Source: Candidatus Omnitrophota bacterium
Lineage (GTDB): Bacteria; Omnitrophota; Gorgyraeia; Gygaellales; JBFMHM01
Assembly: GCA_040753015.1 (NCBI GenBank)
Contig: JBFMHM010000006.1
Coordinates: 20,467-84,466, forward strand
Direction: 5' to 3'
Length of the DNA stretch: 64,000 nt
A program made the position numbers and the translations under genes. The notes beneath the pieces were generated by a model. That model was not told the origin of the DNA. It saw nothing but the letters and a program-made list of their open reading frames with translations, and ran no database searches. Of this stretch, positions 30,299 to 40,616 are shown piece by piece. The stretch's first letter is position 1, and every line of letters starts with the position of its first letter.

Positions 30299-30904
30299 AT
30301 GCAAACTTTTAGAGAAGATCTTGTAAACAAATTTGGCCAACATAACTTTGAGAAAATTCAAAAAGCAAAAGTTGGCATAGCCGGCGCAGGAGGTCTTGGT
30401 TCTAATTGTGCACTTCATCTTGTTAGGGTAGGTTTTACTAAGTTTACTATAGCCGATTTCGATGTGATTGTTCCTTCGAATTTAGATAGGCAGTTTTATT
30501 TTTTAGATCAAATTGGGATGAATAAAGTAGATGCGCTTAGAGATAATTTAGTTCGGATAAATCCCGAGTTAGAGCTTGAGCTTGTTAGGAAAAAGATAGA
30601 AAAGATTAATATAGGTGAAATATTTAGCAATTGTGATATTATTGCAGAGTGTCTAGACAGGGCAGAATATAAAACAATATTAGTTTCAGAGCTTATGGAT
30701 TTAAATAAATTTATTGTTTCGGTATCCGGCTTAGGAGGCGTCGGTTTCAGTGATGAGATTAAAATTCATAGAATAAATAACAATTTAATTATTATTGGAG
30801 ATTTGAAATCAGATACAGATAAGAAACCAGCTTTATCTCCTCGGGTAAATATTGCTGCGGCAAAACAGGCAGATGTGATTCTTGAATATGTATTACAGGG
30901 ATGA
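30299..30904 (+). CDS. thiF: ThiS/MoaD adenylyltransferase (E1-like)
   Basis: Nucleotide-binding GIAGAGGLGS. 201 aa. Confidence 0.8.
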   Translation: MQTFREDLVNKFGQHNFEKIQKAKVGIAGAGGLGSNCALHLVRVGFTKFTIADFDVIVPSNLDRQFYFLDQIGMNKVDALRDNLVRINPELELELVRKKIEKINIGEIFSNCDIIAECLDRAEYKTILVSELMDLNKFIVSVSGLGGVGFSDEIKIHRINNNLIIIGDLKSDTDKKPALSPRVNIAAAKQADVILEYVLQG

Positions 30905-30986
30905 TATAATTAAATAAATCCACCATTGAATCTTAGCGGATTTGATTCCTCCGTAATAATTATGCGGGGTTACTAAAGGAGAAAAA

Positions 30987-31208
30987 ATGCGTGAAAGAGT
31001 AGAAAAAGCGTTAGAAAAAATTCGTCCAAATTTACAAGCTGATGGAGGAGATGTAGAGCTTGTTGAAGTAACAGCTGATGGTATAGTTAAGGTACGCCTT
31101 CGCGGTGCATGCGGCTGCTGCCCGATGAGCCAAATGACTTTAAAGCAAGGGATTGAACGTTTGATAAAACAAGAAGTTCCTGAAGTTAAAAGTGTCGAGG
31201 CTGTTTAA
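30987..31208 (+). CDS. NifU C-terminal-domain-like Fe-S assembly protein
   Basis: LRGACGCCPMSQMTLKQGIE. Confidence 0.8.
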   Translation: MRERVEKALEKIRPNLQADGGDVELVEVTADGIVKVRLRGACGCCPMSQMTLKQGIERLIKQEVPEVKSVEAV

Positions 31209-31223
31209 GTTTAGTAAAAAGCA

Positions 31224-32390
31224 ATGAAGAAAATTTATCTGGACTACGCAGCAACCACGCCAACCGATCCAGAAGCATTAAAAGTAATGCTTCCCTATTT
31301 TTGCGATAAATTCGGTAATGCCTCTAGTGTTCATTGTTTTGGCCAAGAAGCAAAGAGGGCATTAGAAGAATCGCGATTAAAGATTGCACTATCTTTAGGT
31401 GCGGATACGTCCGAAATTATTTTTACATCTGGTGGCACAGAATCAAATAATTTTGCTTTATTCGGCGTGGCCGATGCGTTAGTTAATAAAGGCAATCATA
31501 TTATTATTAGCTCAATTGAACATCATGCAATAACCGAGCCAGCAAAATTTTTAGAAAAGAAAGGTTTTAATATTACAAGATTGAGAGTGGATAGGTATGG
31601 TGTGGTTGATCCTCTTGATGTAAAAAAAGCAATTACTGATAGGACAATCCTTGTATCTATCATGCAGGCAAATAATGAGATCGGTACATTACAGCCGATA
31701 AAAGAAATTTCTAAAATAATAAAAGAAAAAAATATCTATTTCCATACGGATGCGGTACAGTCAGTGGGGCATATCCCTGTGAATGTAGCAGATCTCGGAG
31801 TAGATTTGCTTTCTTTATCCGGTCATAAATTCTATGGTCCAAAAGGTGTAGGTGCTTTATATGTAAAACATGGTACGAAAATTACACGTTTCTTACACGG
31901 CGGAGACCAAGAACGAATGCGCCGGGCGTCAACAGAAAACATTGCTGGCGTTGTGGGTATGGCATCTGCGCTTGAAATCTGCCAAGCTAAGATGAAAGAA
32001 GAAATGAAGTTGCAAGCCGAATTAAGAGATAAATTGATTAAAGGTATTATAGAAAAAATCGATGATATAATTTTAAATGGCCATCCTACAAATAGGCTTG
32101 CTAATAACATAAACTTTTCTTTCAAATATATTGAGGGCGAGTCGATATTACTTAATCTTGATTTGGAAGGTATTGCTGCATCAACTGGTTCAGCCTGCAC
32201 ATCTGACAGCCTTGAGCCTTCTAGTGTATTACTTGCAGTTGGTCAGGCGCAAGAAGATGCACATGGTTCGATTCGTTTTAGCCTAGGCCGCTGGACTAGC
32301 GAAGCCGAAATAGATTATGTTTTGGAAAAATTACCAAAAATTGTTGCAAAACTTCGGGCAATGAGCCCAATTTATAACAAAAAGGGTTAA
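31224..32390 (+). CDS. nifS: cysteine desulfurase (NifS/IscS type)
   Basis: SGHKFYGPKGVGALYV PLP-Lys region. Catalytic-Cys loop GSACTS. Confidence 0.9.
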   Translation: MKKIYLDYAATTPTDPEALKVMLPYFCDKFGNASSVHCFGQEAKRALEESRLKIALSLGADTSEIIFTSGGTESNNFALFGVADALVNKGNHIIISSIEHHAITEPAKFLEKKGFNITRLRVDRYGVVDPLDVKKAITDRTILVSIMQANNEIGTLQPIKEISKIIKEKNIYFHTDAVQSVGHIPVNVADLGVDLLSLSGHKFYGPKGVGALYVKHGTKITRFLHGGDQERMRRASTENIAGVVGMASALEICQAKMKEEMKLQAELRDKLIKGIIEKIDDIILNGHPTNRLANNINFSFKYIEGESILLNLDLEGIAASTGSACTSDSLEPSSVLLAVGQAQEDAHGSIRFSLGRWTSEAEIDYVLEKLPKIVAKLRAMSPIYNKKG

Positions 32391-32391
32391 T

Positions 32392-32790
32392 ATGGGTGAA
32401 TCATATAGTGATAAAGTAATGGAACATTTTACCAATCCGCGGAATGTCGGCGAGCTTGATAAGCCTGATTGTCAGGGGAAAGCTGGCAATCCTGTGTGTG
32501 GTGATGTGCTTCAACTTCAGTTGAAGATCGAGAATAATATCGTTGTAGATGCAAAATTTAAAACTCTTGGATGTGCTGCGGCAATTGCAACAAGTTCTAT
32601 GGTTACAGAAATGGTAAAAGGAAAAACTATAGAAGAGGCTATAAAGATTACAAATCAAGCAGTTACTGAAGCACTTGGCGGGCTTCCGGCTGTAAAAAGG
32701 CACTGTTCGGTTTTAGCAGAAGAGGCACTCCATTCCGCATTTGATGATTATTATAAAAAACAAGGCAAGCCAAATCCCTTCAAAAAATAA
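32392..32790 (+). CDS. iscU: Fe-S cluster assembly scaffold (IscU/NifU N-terminal type)
   Basis: GNPVCGDVLQLQLK, GCAAAIAT, HCSVLAEEAL. Confidence 0.9.
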   Translation: MGESYSDKVMEHFTNPRNVGELDKPDCQGKAGNPVCGDVLQLQLKIENNIVVDAKFKTLGCAAAIATSSMVTEMVKGKTIEEAIKITNQAVTEALGGLPAVKRHCSVLAEEALHSAFDDYYKKQGKPNPFKK

Positions 32791-32795
32791 TTTTT

Positions 32796-33788
32796 GTGAA
32801 AGAAAGAATCATTAATTTTCTTAAATCTTCGAATAACTATATTTCTGGGCAGGATTTAAGTGATAATTTGAAAATCAGCCGTGCTGCTATTTGGAAACAC
32901 ATCAATGAATTAAGGGAGGCGGGGTATGAAATTGAGGCTGTGCCGCATTTAGGCTATAAATTAACTTATATTCCAGATCGTCTCTTCCCCCACGAAATAT
33001 CTTATAACTTAAAAACGAAAATTATTGGTAAGAAAATTTATCATTTAGAAACAACATCTTCAACAATGGATGTTGCTCAAAAACTTGCTATTGATAATAG
33101 CCCATCTGGTACAATTGTTGTTGCTGAAACGCAAACAAGAGGCCGCGGCAGGCTAATGCGTTCTTGGAGTTCCCCAAAATATAAGGGGATATATGTTTCG
33201 ATGATTTTAAGGCCAAAAATTTCTCCGCAATGTGCACCACAGCTAACATTATTGACTGCTTTTTCGATTTACCAAGCAATAAAAAATATAACTGGGCTTG
33301 AAGCAAAGATTAAATGGCCAAATGATTTAATGTTAGAGCATTCCGCCAAAGGCGAGACCTCGCCACTTCGTGGCGGGAAAAAAATTTGTGGCATTTTAAC
33401 CCAGATGCAGGCAGAGCAAGATGAGTTTTATTTCGTAATTATAGGCATCGGACTAAATGTTAATTCTAAAAAAGATGAGTTACCGGATAATGCGGCTTCA
33501 TTAAAAGAATTCTTTAAAGAAGAAATATCTCGCATTGAATTATTAAAAGAGATGTTGAGATGTTTTGAGGCAAATTATTTAAAATTTTGTAAGAATGGTT
33601 TTTTAGACATTTTAGAAAAAGTAAAAGCCATTTCTTATACGCTCGGACGCAATATAAAATTAAAGCTGCACAATAAAATTGTTGAAGGAGAAGCCGTTGA
33701 TATTGATAAAGACACAGCCTTGATAATTCATAAACTACATGGCGGAATAGAAAAAATATTTACCGGAGATATATTAACTATTTGCTAA
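32796..33788 (+). CDS. birA: bifunctional biotin-[acetyl-CoA-carboxylase] ligase / repressor BirA, with in-frame palindromic insert
   Basis: GTG start. N-terminal HTH and GRGRLMRSWSSPKYKGIYVSMIL. Contains the GC-rich insert at 33343-33385. Confidence 0.85.
   Translation: MKERIINFLKSSNNYISGQDLSDNLKISRAAIWKHINELREAGYEIEAVPHLGYKLTYIPDRLFPHEISYNLKTKIIGKKIYHLETTSSTMDVAQKLAIDNSPSGTIVVAETQTRGRGRLMRSWSSPKYKGIYVSMILRPKISPQCAPQLTLLTAFSIYQAIKNITGLEAKIKWPNDLMLEHSAKGETSPLRGGKKICGILTQMQAEQDEFYFVIIGIGLNVNSKKDELPDNAASLKEFFKEEISRIELLKEMLRCFEANYLKFCKNGFLDILEKVKAISYTLGRNIKLKLHNKIVEGEAVDIDKDTALIIHKLHGGIEKIFTGDILTIC
33343..33385. repeat. GC-rich palindromic element, family A, in frame within birA
   Basis: CCGCC-AAA-GGCGAG-ac-CTCGCC-acttcgt-GGCGG-GAAAAAAAT, translated as AKGETSPLRGGKK. 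Confidence 0.7.
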
Positions 33789-33863
33789 ATATTAATGTAA
33801 ACCAAAGATTTTGTTTTAATTGACAATACCGCAAAAAAGCGGTATTTTTATTTAGGTGGAAAA

Positions 33864-34841
33864 ATGAACAGTTATATTCAAAGATTAACAAAAGATGTTT
33901 TGGCTGGTAAGAATATTTTATTTAGTCAAGCAGAGCGATTGATTAATGCGCCTGACGATGATTTACTTTTGCTTTTAGACGGGGCAAATAAGATTCGTAA
34001 TAGATTTAGAGGGAATAAGATTAATCTTTGTTCAATTACAAATGCCAAAAGCGGAAAATGCAGCCAAGATTGTAAGTTTTGTAGTCAATCAAATTTCCAT
34101 AAGACGGATATTAAGACTTATTCCTTGATAAAATTAGATAAAATATTAGCACGCGCAAAAAAATATTACCAAGCAGGTTCGAATAGGTTTTGTATTGTAG
34201 TAAGCGGCAGGGCCTTAACTAAAAATGACTTTGAGACGGTTTGTCATGCAATTGTTCAAATAAAAAAGCGATGGCCAAATATGCGGCGCGATGCATCGTT
34301 AGGGGAGTTAACTTTTGAGATGGCAGAAAAATTAAAATTAGCAGGGTTGCAAAGATACAACCATAATTTAGAAACAGTCGAGGAGTTTTTTCCAAAGATT
34401 TGCACGACTCATAGTTTTGATGATCGTATTAAAACACTAGAAGTTTTAAGAAAAGTTGGTTTACAAATTTGCTCAGGCGGGATATTTGGGCTAGGAGAAA
34501 CAAAAAAGCAACGCGTAGAATTTGCTTATTTTTTAAAAGAACTTAATGTCGACTGTATGCCGCTTAATTTTTTGAACCCGGTTAAAGGGACAGCCTTTGA
34601 AAATAACAAGCCACTAAAGCCATTTGAAATCTTAAAAACAATTGCAATGTTTCGTTTTGTTAATCCAAAAAAGCAAATTCGTATTTGTGGCGGCAGGGAA
34701 AAGAATTTACGTTCCTTGCAATCATTAATATTTTTTTCTGGGTGTGACAGCATAATTTTTGGCGATTATCTAACAACAAAAGGCAATGCATTAAATGATG
34801 ATTTGCAGATGATAAAAGACTTAGGATTAAAAATTCGATAA
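33864..34841 (+). CDS. bioB: biotin synthase
   Basis: CSQDCKFCSQS radical SAM motif. Confidence 0.9.
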   Translation: MNSYIQRLTKDVLAGKNILFSQAERLINAPDDDLLLLLDGANKIRNRFRGNKINLCSITNAKSGKCSQDCKFCSQSNFHKTDIKTYSLIKLDKILARAKKYYQAGSNRFCIVVSGRALTKNDFETVCHAIVQIKKRWPNMRRDASLGELTFEMAEKLKLAGLQRYNHNLETVEEFFPKICTTHSFDDRIKTLEVLRKVGLQICSGGIFGLGETKKQRVEFAYFLKELNVDCMPLNFLNPVKGTAFENNKPLKPFEILKTIAMFRFVNPKKQIRICGGREKNLRSLQSLIFFSGCDSIIFGDYLTTKGNALNDDLQMIKDLGLKIR

Positions 34842-34856
34842 TATTTTGCTTGTATT

Positions 34857-35975
34857 ATGAATAATTTAGATTTTATTGAAAATGAACTTACAGAGTTAAA
34901 GAATAATTTTCTTTTTCGAGAGCTTAAACTTGTTGGAGAGGATTTAATTAATTTTTCTTCAAATGATTATTTAGGATTATGTAGTGATGAGCGTTTAAAA
35001 CAATCGGCAATTGAAGCAATCAAAATTTATGGTGCAGGCACAGGAGCGTCGCGTTTAATTTCTGGTACGCAAATTTTACATCAAGAACTGGAAGAGAAAT
35101 TAGCTAAGTTTAAAGGTAAACCAACGCTAGTTTTTAATAGTGGTTATGCTGCAAATTTGGGGATTATCTCAAGTTTAGCCAATAGAGATACAATTATTTT
35201 TTCTGACAAGCTAAATCACGCCTCAATTGTTGATGGGATAATGTTAAGCCAGGTAGAATTTAAGCGTTATAAGCACAATGATATAAATGATCTTGAAGAG
35301 CAAGTAAAGAAATATAGCAATTATAAGAGAAAAATTATTGTTACTGATACAGTTTTCAGTATGGATGGTGATTTAGCCGATTTAAAATCAATTGTAAAAA
35401 TTGCAAAAAAATATGATTGTATAACGATACTTGATGAGGCGCATGCAACAGGAGTTTTTGGCAAAAAAGGTTCTGGGCTTTGTGAAGAGCTCAATTTAGA
35501 AGAAGAGGTTGATATTCAAATGGGTACTTTGAGTAAAGCAGCTGGTTCTTTTGGCGCTTATGTCTCAGCAAAAAAAGCAATTATTGATTATTTAGTTAAT
35601 AAATCACGAGCGTTTATTTATACGACTAGTTTACCATCTAGTATTTGTGCTGCAAGCATTAAGGCAATAGGAATAATTGAGAGCGATAATAGCTTGCGTA
35701 AAAAATTATGGGATAATGTTAATTATTTTAAAGAGAAGATCGCCAAACTTAAATTCAATATTGGTAATACTCAAAGCCCGATAATTCCTATAATTATTGG
35801 TGATGCCAACAAAACTTTAAATATAAGCAAGCAACTTTTTAAAAAAAGGCTATTTGTGCAGGCAATTCGCCCGCCGACTGTGCCAAAAAATTTAAGCCGA
35901 CTACGCATAGCTATCAGCGCAAGGCATAAAAAAGAAGATTTAAATTTATTGACGGAGGCATTATGCCGTATATAA
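34857..35975 (+). CDS. bioF: 8-amino-7-oxononanoate synthase
   Basis: Class-II aminotransferase PLP-Lys TLSKAAGSFG. Confidence 0.85.
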   Translation: MNNLDFIENELTELKNNFLFRELKLVGEDLINFSSNDYLGLCSDERLKQSAIEAIKIYGAGTGASRLISGTQILHQELEEKLAKFKGKPTLVFNSGYAANLGIISSLANRDTIIFSDKLNHASIVDGIMLSQVEFKRYKHNDINDLEEQVKKYSNYKRKIIVTDTVFSMDGDLADLKSIVKIAKKYDCITILDEAHATGVFGKKGSGLCEELNLEEEVDIQMGTLSKAAGSFGAYVSAKKAIIDYLVNKSRAFIYTTSLPSSICAASIKAIGIIESDNSLRKKLWDNVNYFKEKIAKLKFNIGNTQSPIIPIIIGDANKTLNISKQLFKKRLFVQAIRPPTVPKNLSRLRIAISARHKKEDLNLLTEALCRI

Positions 35976-36817
35976 CTGCAAAATCTGGTATTAGATGGCA
36001 CTATAAAACAAAAGGTCTAGGTGAAATTTTATTTTTTATTCACGGTTGGTCTAGTGATTGTGATGTTTGGCATAATCAACTAGATTATTTCTATAATCAT
36101 TACAAAGTTGTAATAATTGATTTGCCCGGGCACGGCAAGACACCTTGGAAAGATATCTCTTTTAATATAATGGTTAACGATTTAGTCCAGATTTTAAATC
36201 AATTTGAGCAAAAGATTAATATTGTCGGTACTTCTTTTGGCGGAGCAATTGCAATTAAGTTGGCTGGTAAGCTTGGCAATTCAGTGAAACGATTGATTCT
36301 TGTAGATACGAGTGCAAAATTTATGAGCGCACTTGATTTTATCGGGGCACTAGAAAAAAAAGAATTAAATGAGCTCAAATCTTTAATAAAACTATATTAT
36401 CCTAATGGGCTTCTAATATTTTATCGTAATTTATTCACTTCATTTGAAAAAAGACAGGTGAATTTTCCAAGTATCTGGCAAAAATTTAAACATCGAAAAA
36501 AGTTTCCGGAAAAGAAATCACTGTTAAAATTTCTTAATATAATCGATAACCTTGATTTAAGAGACGAGCTTTTAAAAATTAAAGCACGGACTTTGATTGT
36601 CGCAGGAAGTCTAGATTCGTTATTTAGAAAAACCTGTCATAATTATTTAGCAGATAATATTAAAAATTCAAAAATAGTCTTTTTAGAAAATTTAGGGCAC
36701 GTTCCTTTCTTAACTGATCCAAGTGCATTTAATCATGTATTAGATGAATTCCTGATGCCTAAGCAGGCCATTAATATTAATGATACTACTATTGAGGTAT
36801 CAAAAAAATTAGTATAA
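35963..36817 (+). CDS. bioH: pimeloyl-[ACP] methyl ester esterase-like alpha/beta hydrolase
   Basis: GTSFGG nucleophile elbow. Position between bioF and bioC. Confidence 0.65.
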   Translation: MPYITAKSGIRWHYKTKGLGEILFFIHGWSSDCDVWHNQLDYFYNHYKVVIIDLPGHGKTPWKDISFNIMVNDLVQILNQFEQKINIVGTSFGGAIAIKLAGKLGNSVKRLILVDTSAKFMSALDFIGALEKKELNELKSLIKLYYPNGLLIFYRNLFTSFEKRQVNFPSIWQKFKHRKKFPEKKSLLKFLNIIDNLDLRDELLKIKARTLIVAGSLDSLFRKTCHNYLADNIKNSKIVFLENLGHVPFLTDPSAFNHVLDEFLMPKQAININDTTIEVSKKLV

Positions 36818-36820
36818 AAG

Positions 36821-37570
36821 ATGAACGAATTAATCCTAAAGAGAAATTTTTCGAAAGTAGCTGCTTCTTACGATAATTTTGCTTATTTACAAAAAGAAAT
36901 TGGCCTAAATTTAATAAAAAAAATGGCTGCGTCTTGCAGGCCTTTTAAAATCCTTGATATTGGCACTGGTACAGGTTGGCTAACGGGGCAGCTAAAAACA
37001 AAATTTCCAAATGCAAAATTTTTCGGTATTGATTTTGCCGAAGGTATGATTGTTTATGCAAACAAAAAAAAACTAAAATGTAATTTTCTTGTTTCGGATG
37101 CTTTAGGTTTGCCGTTTAAAGATAGATATTTTGACATATTAATTTCTAATGCAACTTATCAGTTAGTAGATAATTATAAGCAGGCATTTAGTCAAGTAAG
37201 GCGGGTATTAAAAAAAAATGGCATATTTTATTTTAGTTGTTTTGGCAGTAAAACACTTGTTGAATTAAGGCAGGCGATTAACCAAGGAATTATTAATTTT
37301 AAGCTGCCACGAAAAGAAAATATTTTATCTGGGTTGTTGGATAGTGGTTTTAAAAATATTGATATCAAGATATACTCAAAAAAAGAATATTTTAAGAATG
37401 CATTTGATCTAGTGAAATGGCTTAAGGCTATTGGCGCAAATAATTTATCGAAGCCGCAATTTTTTACAAAACATATCTGGCAGGAAATAAATAAAAAATA
37501 TTTATCTAATTTTTCTGATAAAGAAAAAATCTTTGCCACCTTTGAAGTTTTCGAAGTTAAATGTTTATGA
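36821..37570 (+). CDS. bioC: malonyl-[ACP] O-methyltransferase
   Basis: SAM motif ILDIGTGTGWLT. Confidence 0.75.
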   Translation: MNELILKRNFSKVAASYDNFAYLQKEIGLNLIKKMAASCRPFKILDIGTGTGWLTGQLKTKFPNAKFFGIDFAEGMIVYANKKKLKCNFLVSDALGLPFKDRYFDILISNATYQLVDNYKQAFSQVRRVLKKNGIFYFSCFGSKTLVELRQAINQGIINFKLPRKENILSGLLDSGFKNIDIKIYSKKEYFKNAFDLVKWLKAIGANNLSKPQFFTKHIWQEINKKYLSNFSDKEKIFATFEVFEVKCL

Positions 37571-39483
37571 AAAAAGGGATATTCATAACGGCAACTGATA
37601 CGGAAGCTGGAAAAACAGTCGTTAGCCTGCTTTTAGCTAAGGCTTTAAGAGAAAAAGCCATCGATGTTGGCTATATGAAGCCAATTCAGTGCGCAGGTTT
37701 CGATGCTAGTTTTGTAAGAGAGGGATTAGGTTTAGATGATGCGTTATCATTAATAAATCCTTATTATTCAAAGATTGCTGCCGCGCCAATAATTGCTTTT
37801 AAAAATATAGATCTAGATAAAATTTTTAATGCTTTTAGAGAATTATCCAAAAAACATGAATTTATAATTGTTGAAGCTGCAGGAGGTTTGCTTACGCCGA
37901 TAAAGAAAAATTATTCTATGCTTAATTTAATTATGGATTTAGATTTAGATTGTTTGGTTGTTAGCCCCTTAAAATTGGGGACAATAAACCATACACTGCT
38001 TACTATTGAACAATTGAAGAATAGCGGAGTCAATATCTGTGGTGTGGTCATAAATCAAATTACTCCAAAAGTCAACACTAGGCTTGGTAATGAGAGAATT
38101 ATTAAAGAGTTTAGTAATTTGCCGATAGTAGGCAAAGTTGGTTATTTGCAAAAAAAAGTTTTTTTTGATACAAGCCGTATACTGAAAGCTAAGGCACAAA
38201 ATGATAAGCTGCCTTTTCTTGATAAAAAATATGTATGGCATCCATTTACTCAGATGCAAGATTGGTTAAAGCAAGATAATTTAATTATTGATGAAGCAAA
38301 AGGGAATTACTTAAAAGACATAAAGGGTAATTGGTATTTAGACGGCGTATCTAGCCTCTGGATAAATGTGCATGGGCATAGGCATAGAGAGATTAATCGC
38401 GCGATAGTAGAACAATTAAATAAATTAGAACATTCAACTTTGCTTGGTCTATCGAATACACCATCAATTGGATTAGCTAAGATGTTGATTGAGATTGCGC
38501 CAAGTAGTTTAAAGAAAGTTTTTTATTCTGATTCAGGTTCAACAGCAGTTGAAATTGCTTTAAAAATTGCTTATCAGTATTGGCAAAATAGAGGCCTAAA
38601 AAATAAACAAAAAATAATTCATTTTAGTAATTCTTATCATGGTGATACTCTAGGAGCAGTAAGCGTAGGGGGAATGGATTTATTTCATAAGATTTACCGC
38701 CCGCTTTTATTTAGTTCTCTTGAGGTATCTGCACCAATTCATATTACAGATTTAGCAAAACTTAAAAAAATAATAGAAAGAGAGCATAACTCTGTTGCTG
38801 CCTTAATTACTGAGTCTGGCATTGAAGCAGCAGCAGGAATGATTGTTTGGGAGAAGGGGATTTTAAAAGAAATTGAAAATTTGTGCAAGAAATATAAGAT
38901 TACTTTTATCATTGATGAAGTGGCAACTGGTTTTGGAAGAACTGGCAAAATGTTTGCCTGTGAACATGAAAGTGTTAAGCCAGATATTATGTGTGTTGCA
39001 AAAGGCTTAACAGCAGGTTATTTGCCGCTTGCAGCAACTTTGACAACAGATGATATATATAATGCATTTTTAGCAGACTATAAAGATCAAAAAACATTCT
39101 TTCATGGTCATACCTATACGGGAAATCCATTAGCTTGCGCTGCAGCAATTGCAAGCTTAAAAATTTTTAAGAAAGAAAATACTCTTTTAAAATTGCAGCC
39201 AAAGACGGCGTTGCTAAAAAAACGATTAGAAGAATTTTATAAATTGGAACACGTAAAAGATGTGCGGCAGTTTGGTTTTATGGTAGGGATTGAATTAGCG
39301 CCTTATAAATGGCAAGATAAGATAGGCGTTAAAGTTTGTGAAAAAATTAAAGAAAAAAATATTATTTTGCGGCCTCTAGGTAATGTAATAGTATTAATGC
39401 CGCCACTTTCAATTACAAAACAAGAATTGAATTATCTATTAGATTCAACTTATTGGGCAATAGAAACAATTACAGAAAAATGA
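37561..39483 (+). CDS. bioDA: dethiobiotin synthetase fused to adenosylmethionine-8-amino-7-oxononanoate aminotransferase (BioD-BioA)
   Basis: N-terminal P-loop TATDTEAGKT (BioD, ~210 aa). C-terminal class-III aminotransferase (BioA). 640 aa single ORF. Confidence 0.85.
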   Translation: MFMKKGIFITATDTEAGKTVVSLLLAKALREKAIDVGYMKPIQCAGFDASFVREGLGLDDALSLINPYYSKIAAAPIIAFKNIDLDKIFNAFRELSKKHEFIIVEAAGGLLTPIKKNYSMLNLIMDLDLDCLVVSPLKLGTINHTLLTIEQLKNSGVNICGVVINQITPKVNTRLGNERIIKEFSNLPIVGKVGYLQKKVFFDTSRILKAKAQNDKLPFLDKKYVWHPFTQMQDWLKQDNLIIDEAKGNYLKDIKGNWYLDGVSSLWINVHGHRHREINRAIVEQLNKLEHSTLLGLSNTPSIGLAKMLIEIAPSSLKKVFYSDSGSTAVEIALKIAYQYWQNRGLKNKQKIIHFSNSYHGDTLGAVSVGGMDLFHKIYRPLLFSSLEVSAPIHITDLAKLKKIIEREHNSVAALITESGIEAAAGMIVWEKGILKEIENLCKKYKITFIIDEVATGFGRTGKMFACEHESVKPDIMCVAKGLTAGYLPLAATLTTDDIYNAFLADYKDQKTFFHGHTYTGNPLACAAAIASLKIFKKENTLLKLQPKTALLKKRLEEFYKLEHVKDVRQFGFMVGIELAPYKWQDKIGVKVCEKIKEKNIILRPLGNVIVLMPPLSITKQELNYLLDSTYWAIETITEK

Positions 39484-40616
39484 AAAAGCGTGTTGTTATT
39501 GCGATGTCAGGTGGCGTAGATTCATCGGTTGCTGCTTATTTATTAAAGAAGCAGGGTTATGATGTCATTGGTGTTACAATGTGTTTTGGCTTAGATGTAG
39601 GCAGTAACAATTTAAAGAATAAACCTAGTTGTTGTGGTTTGTCAGGTATTAATGATGCTAAGAGAATTGCAGGGCAGTTAAATATTCCCCATTATGTAAT
39701 AAATTTTACTAAAGAATTTAAAAAATATATAGTTGATGATTTTGAAAAAGAGTATTTAAAAGGCAGAACACCTAATCCTTGCATTAGGTGTAATGAGTTT
39801 ATAAAATTTAATGCATTATTAGATAAAATTAAGCAATATGATGCAGATTTTTTGGCAACTGGACATTACGCCAGAATCGGCGAAATCAAAAATCAAAATG
39901 CAAAAATCAAAAATTATTTTTTAAAAAAAGCAAGAGATCACAAAAAAGACCAGACGTATTTTTTATATCGGTTAACGCAAGAACAATTAAAACATATTTT
40001 ATTCCCTTTAGGTAATTTAACTAAAGAAGAAGTAAGAATTATTGCCAGAGAGGCAAAACTTTCAGTTGCCGATAAGCCAGGTAGCCAAGAAATTTGTTTT
40101 TTATCTGGTACTAATTATAAAGATTATTTTAAAAATCATTTTGGTAAAAAAATTAAAGCAGGTTTAATGGTTGATGTAAAAGGTAATGTCTTAGGTCAAC
40201 ATAAAGGTTTGCCATATTATACAATTGGCCAAAGGCAGGGATTAGGAATAGCGCTTGGTAAACCAATGTATGTAATCAAAATAGATATTAAGAATAACAC
40301 TGTTGTTGTAGGAGATGATAAAGATAGATATTCTTATGGTTTAATCGCAAAAAATCCCATTTTTATCGGAGCGCAGAATGCGCGAAGATCCGCCAACGGG
40401 TTAGTGACGGATTATACTAAAAATAGCAAGCTTGTGTTATCGGCAAAGATAAGATATAATCAAAAAGAAGCAAAAGCTAAAATTACAAGTTTCTATAATA
40501 ATAAAATAAAAGTTTTGTTTGATAAGCCTCAGAATTCTATTACTCCGGGGCAAGCAGTGGTTTTTTATAAAAAAGATATAGTTTTAGGTGGAGCGATTAT
40601 AGAAAAAGTTGTATGA
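39480..40616 (+). CDS. mnmA: tRNA 2-thiouridine(34) synthase, with in-frame GC-rich insert
   Basis: PP-loop VVIAMSGGVDSS. Start taken at MKKRVV. Insert at 40371-40412. Confidence 0.85.
   Translation: MKKRVVIAMSGGVDSSVAAYLLKKQGYDVIGVTMCFGLDVGSNNLKNKPSCCGLSGINDAKRIAGQLNIPHYVINFTKEFKKYIVDDFEKEYLKGRTPNPCIRCNEFIKFNALLDKIKQYDADFLATGHYARIGEIKNQNAKIKNYFLKKARDHKKDQTYFLYRLTQEQLKHILFPLGNLTKEEVRIIAREAKLSVADKPGSQEICFLSGTNYKDYFKNHFGKKIKAGLMVDVKGNVLGQHKGLPYYTIGQRQGLGIALGKPMYVIKIDIKNNTVVVGDDKDRYSYGLIAKNPIFIGAQNARRSANGLVTDYTKNSKLVLSAKIRYNQKEAKAKITSFYNNKIKVLFDKPQNSITPGQAVVFYKKDIVLGGAIIEKVV
40371..40412. repeat. GC-rich double-hairpin element, family B (degenerate copy), in frame within mnmA
   Basis: GCGCA-gaa-TGCGC gaa GATCCGCC aacgggttagtga CGGAT. 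Coincides with a ~12-aa insertion relative to typical MnmA. Confidence 0.5.
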
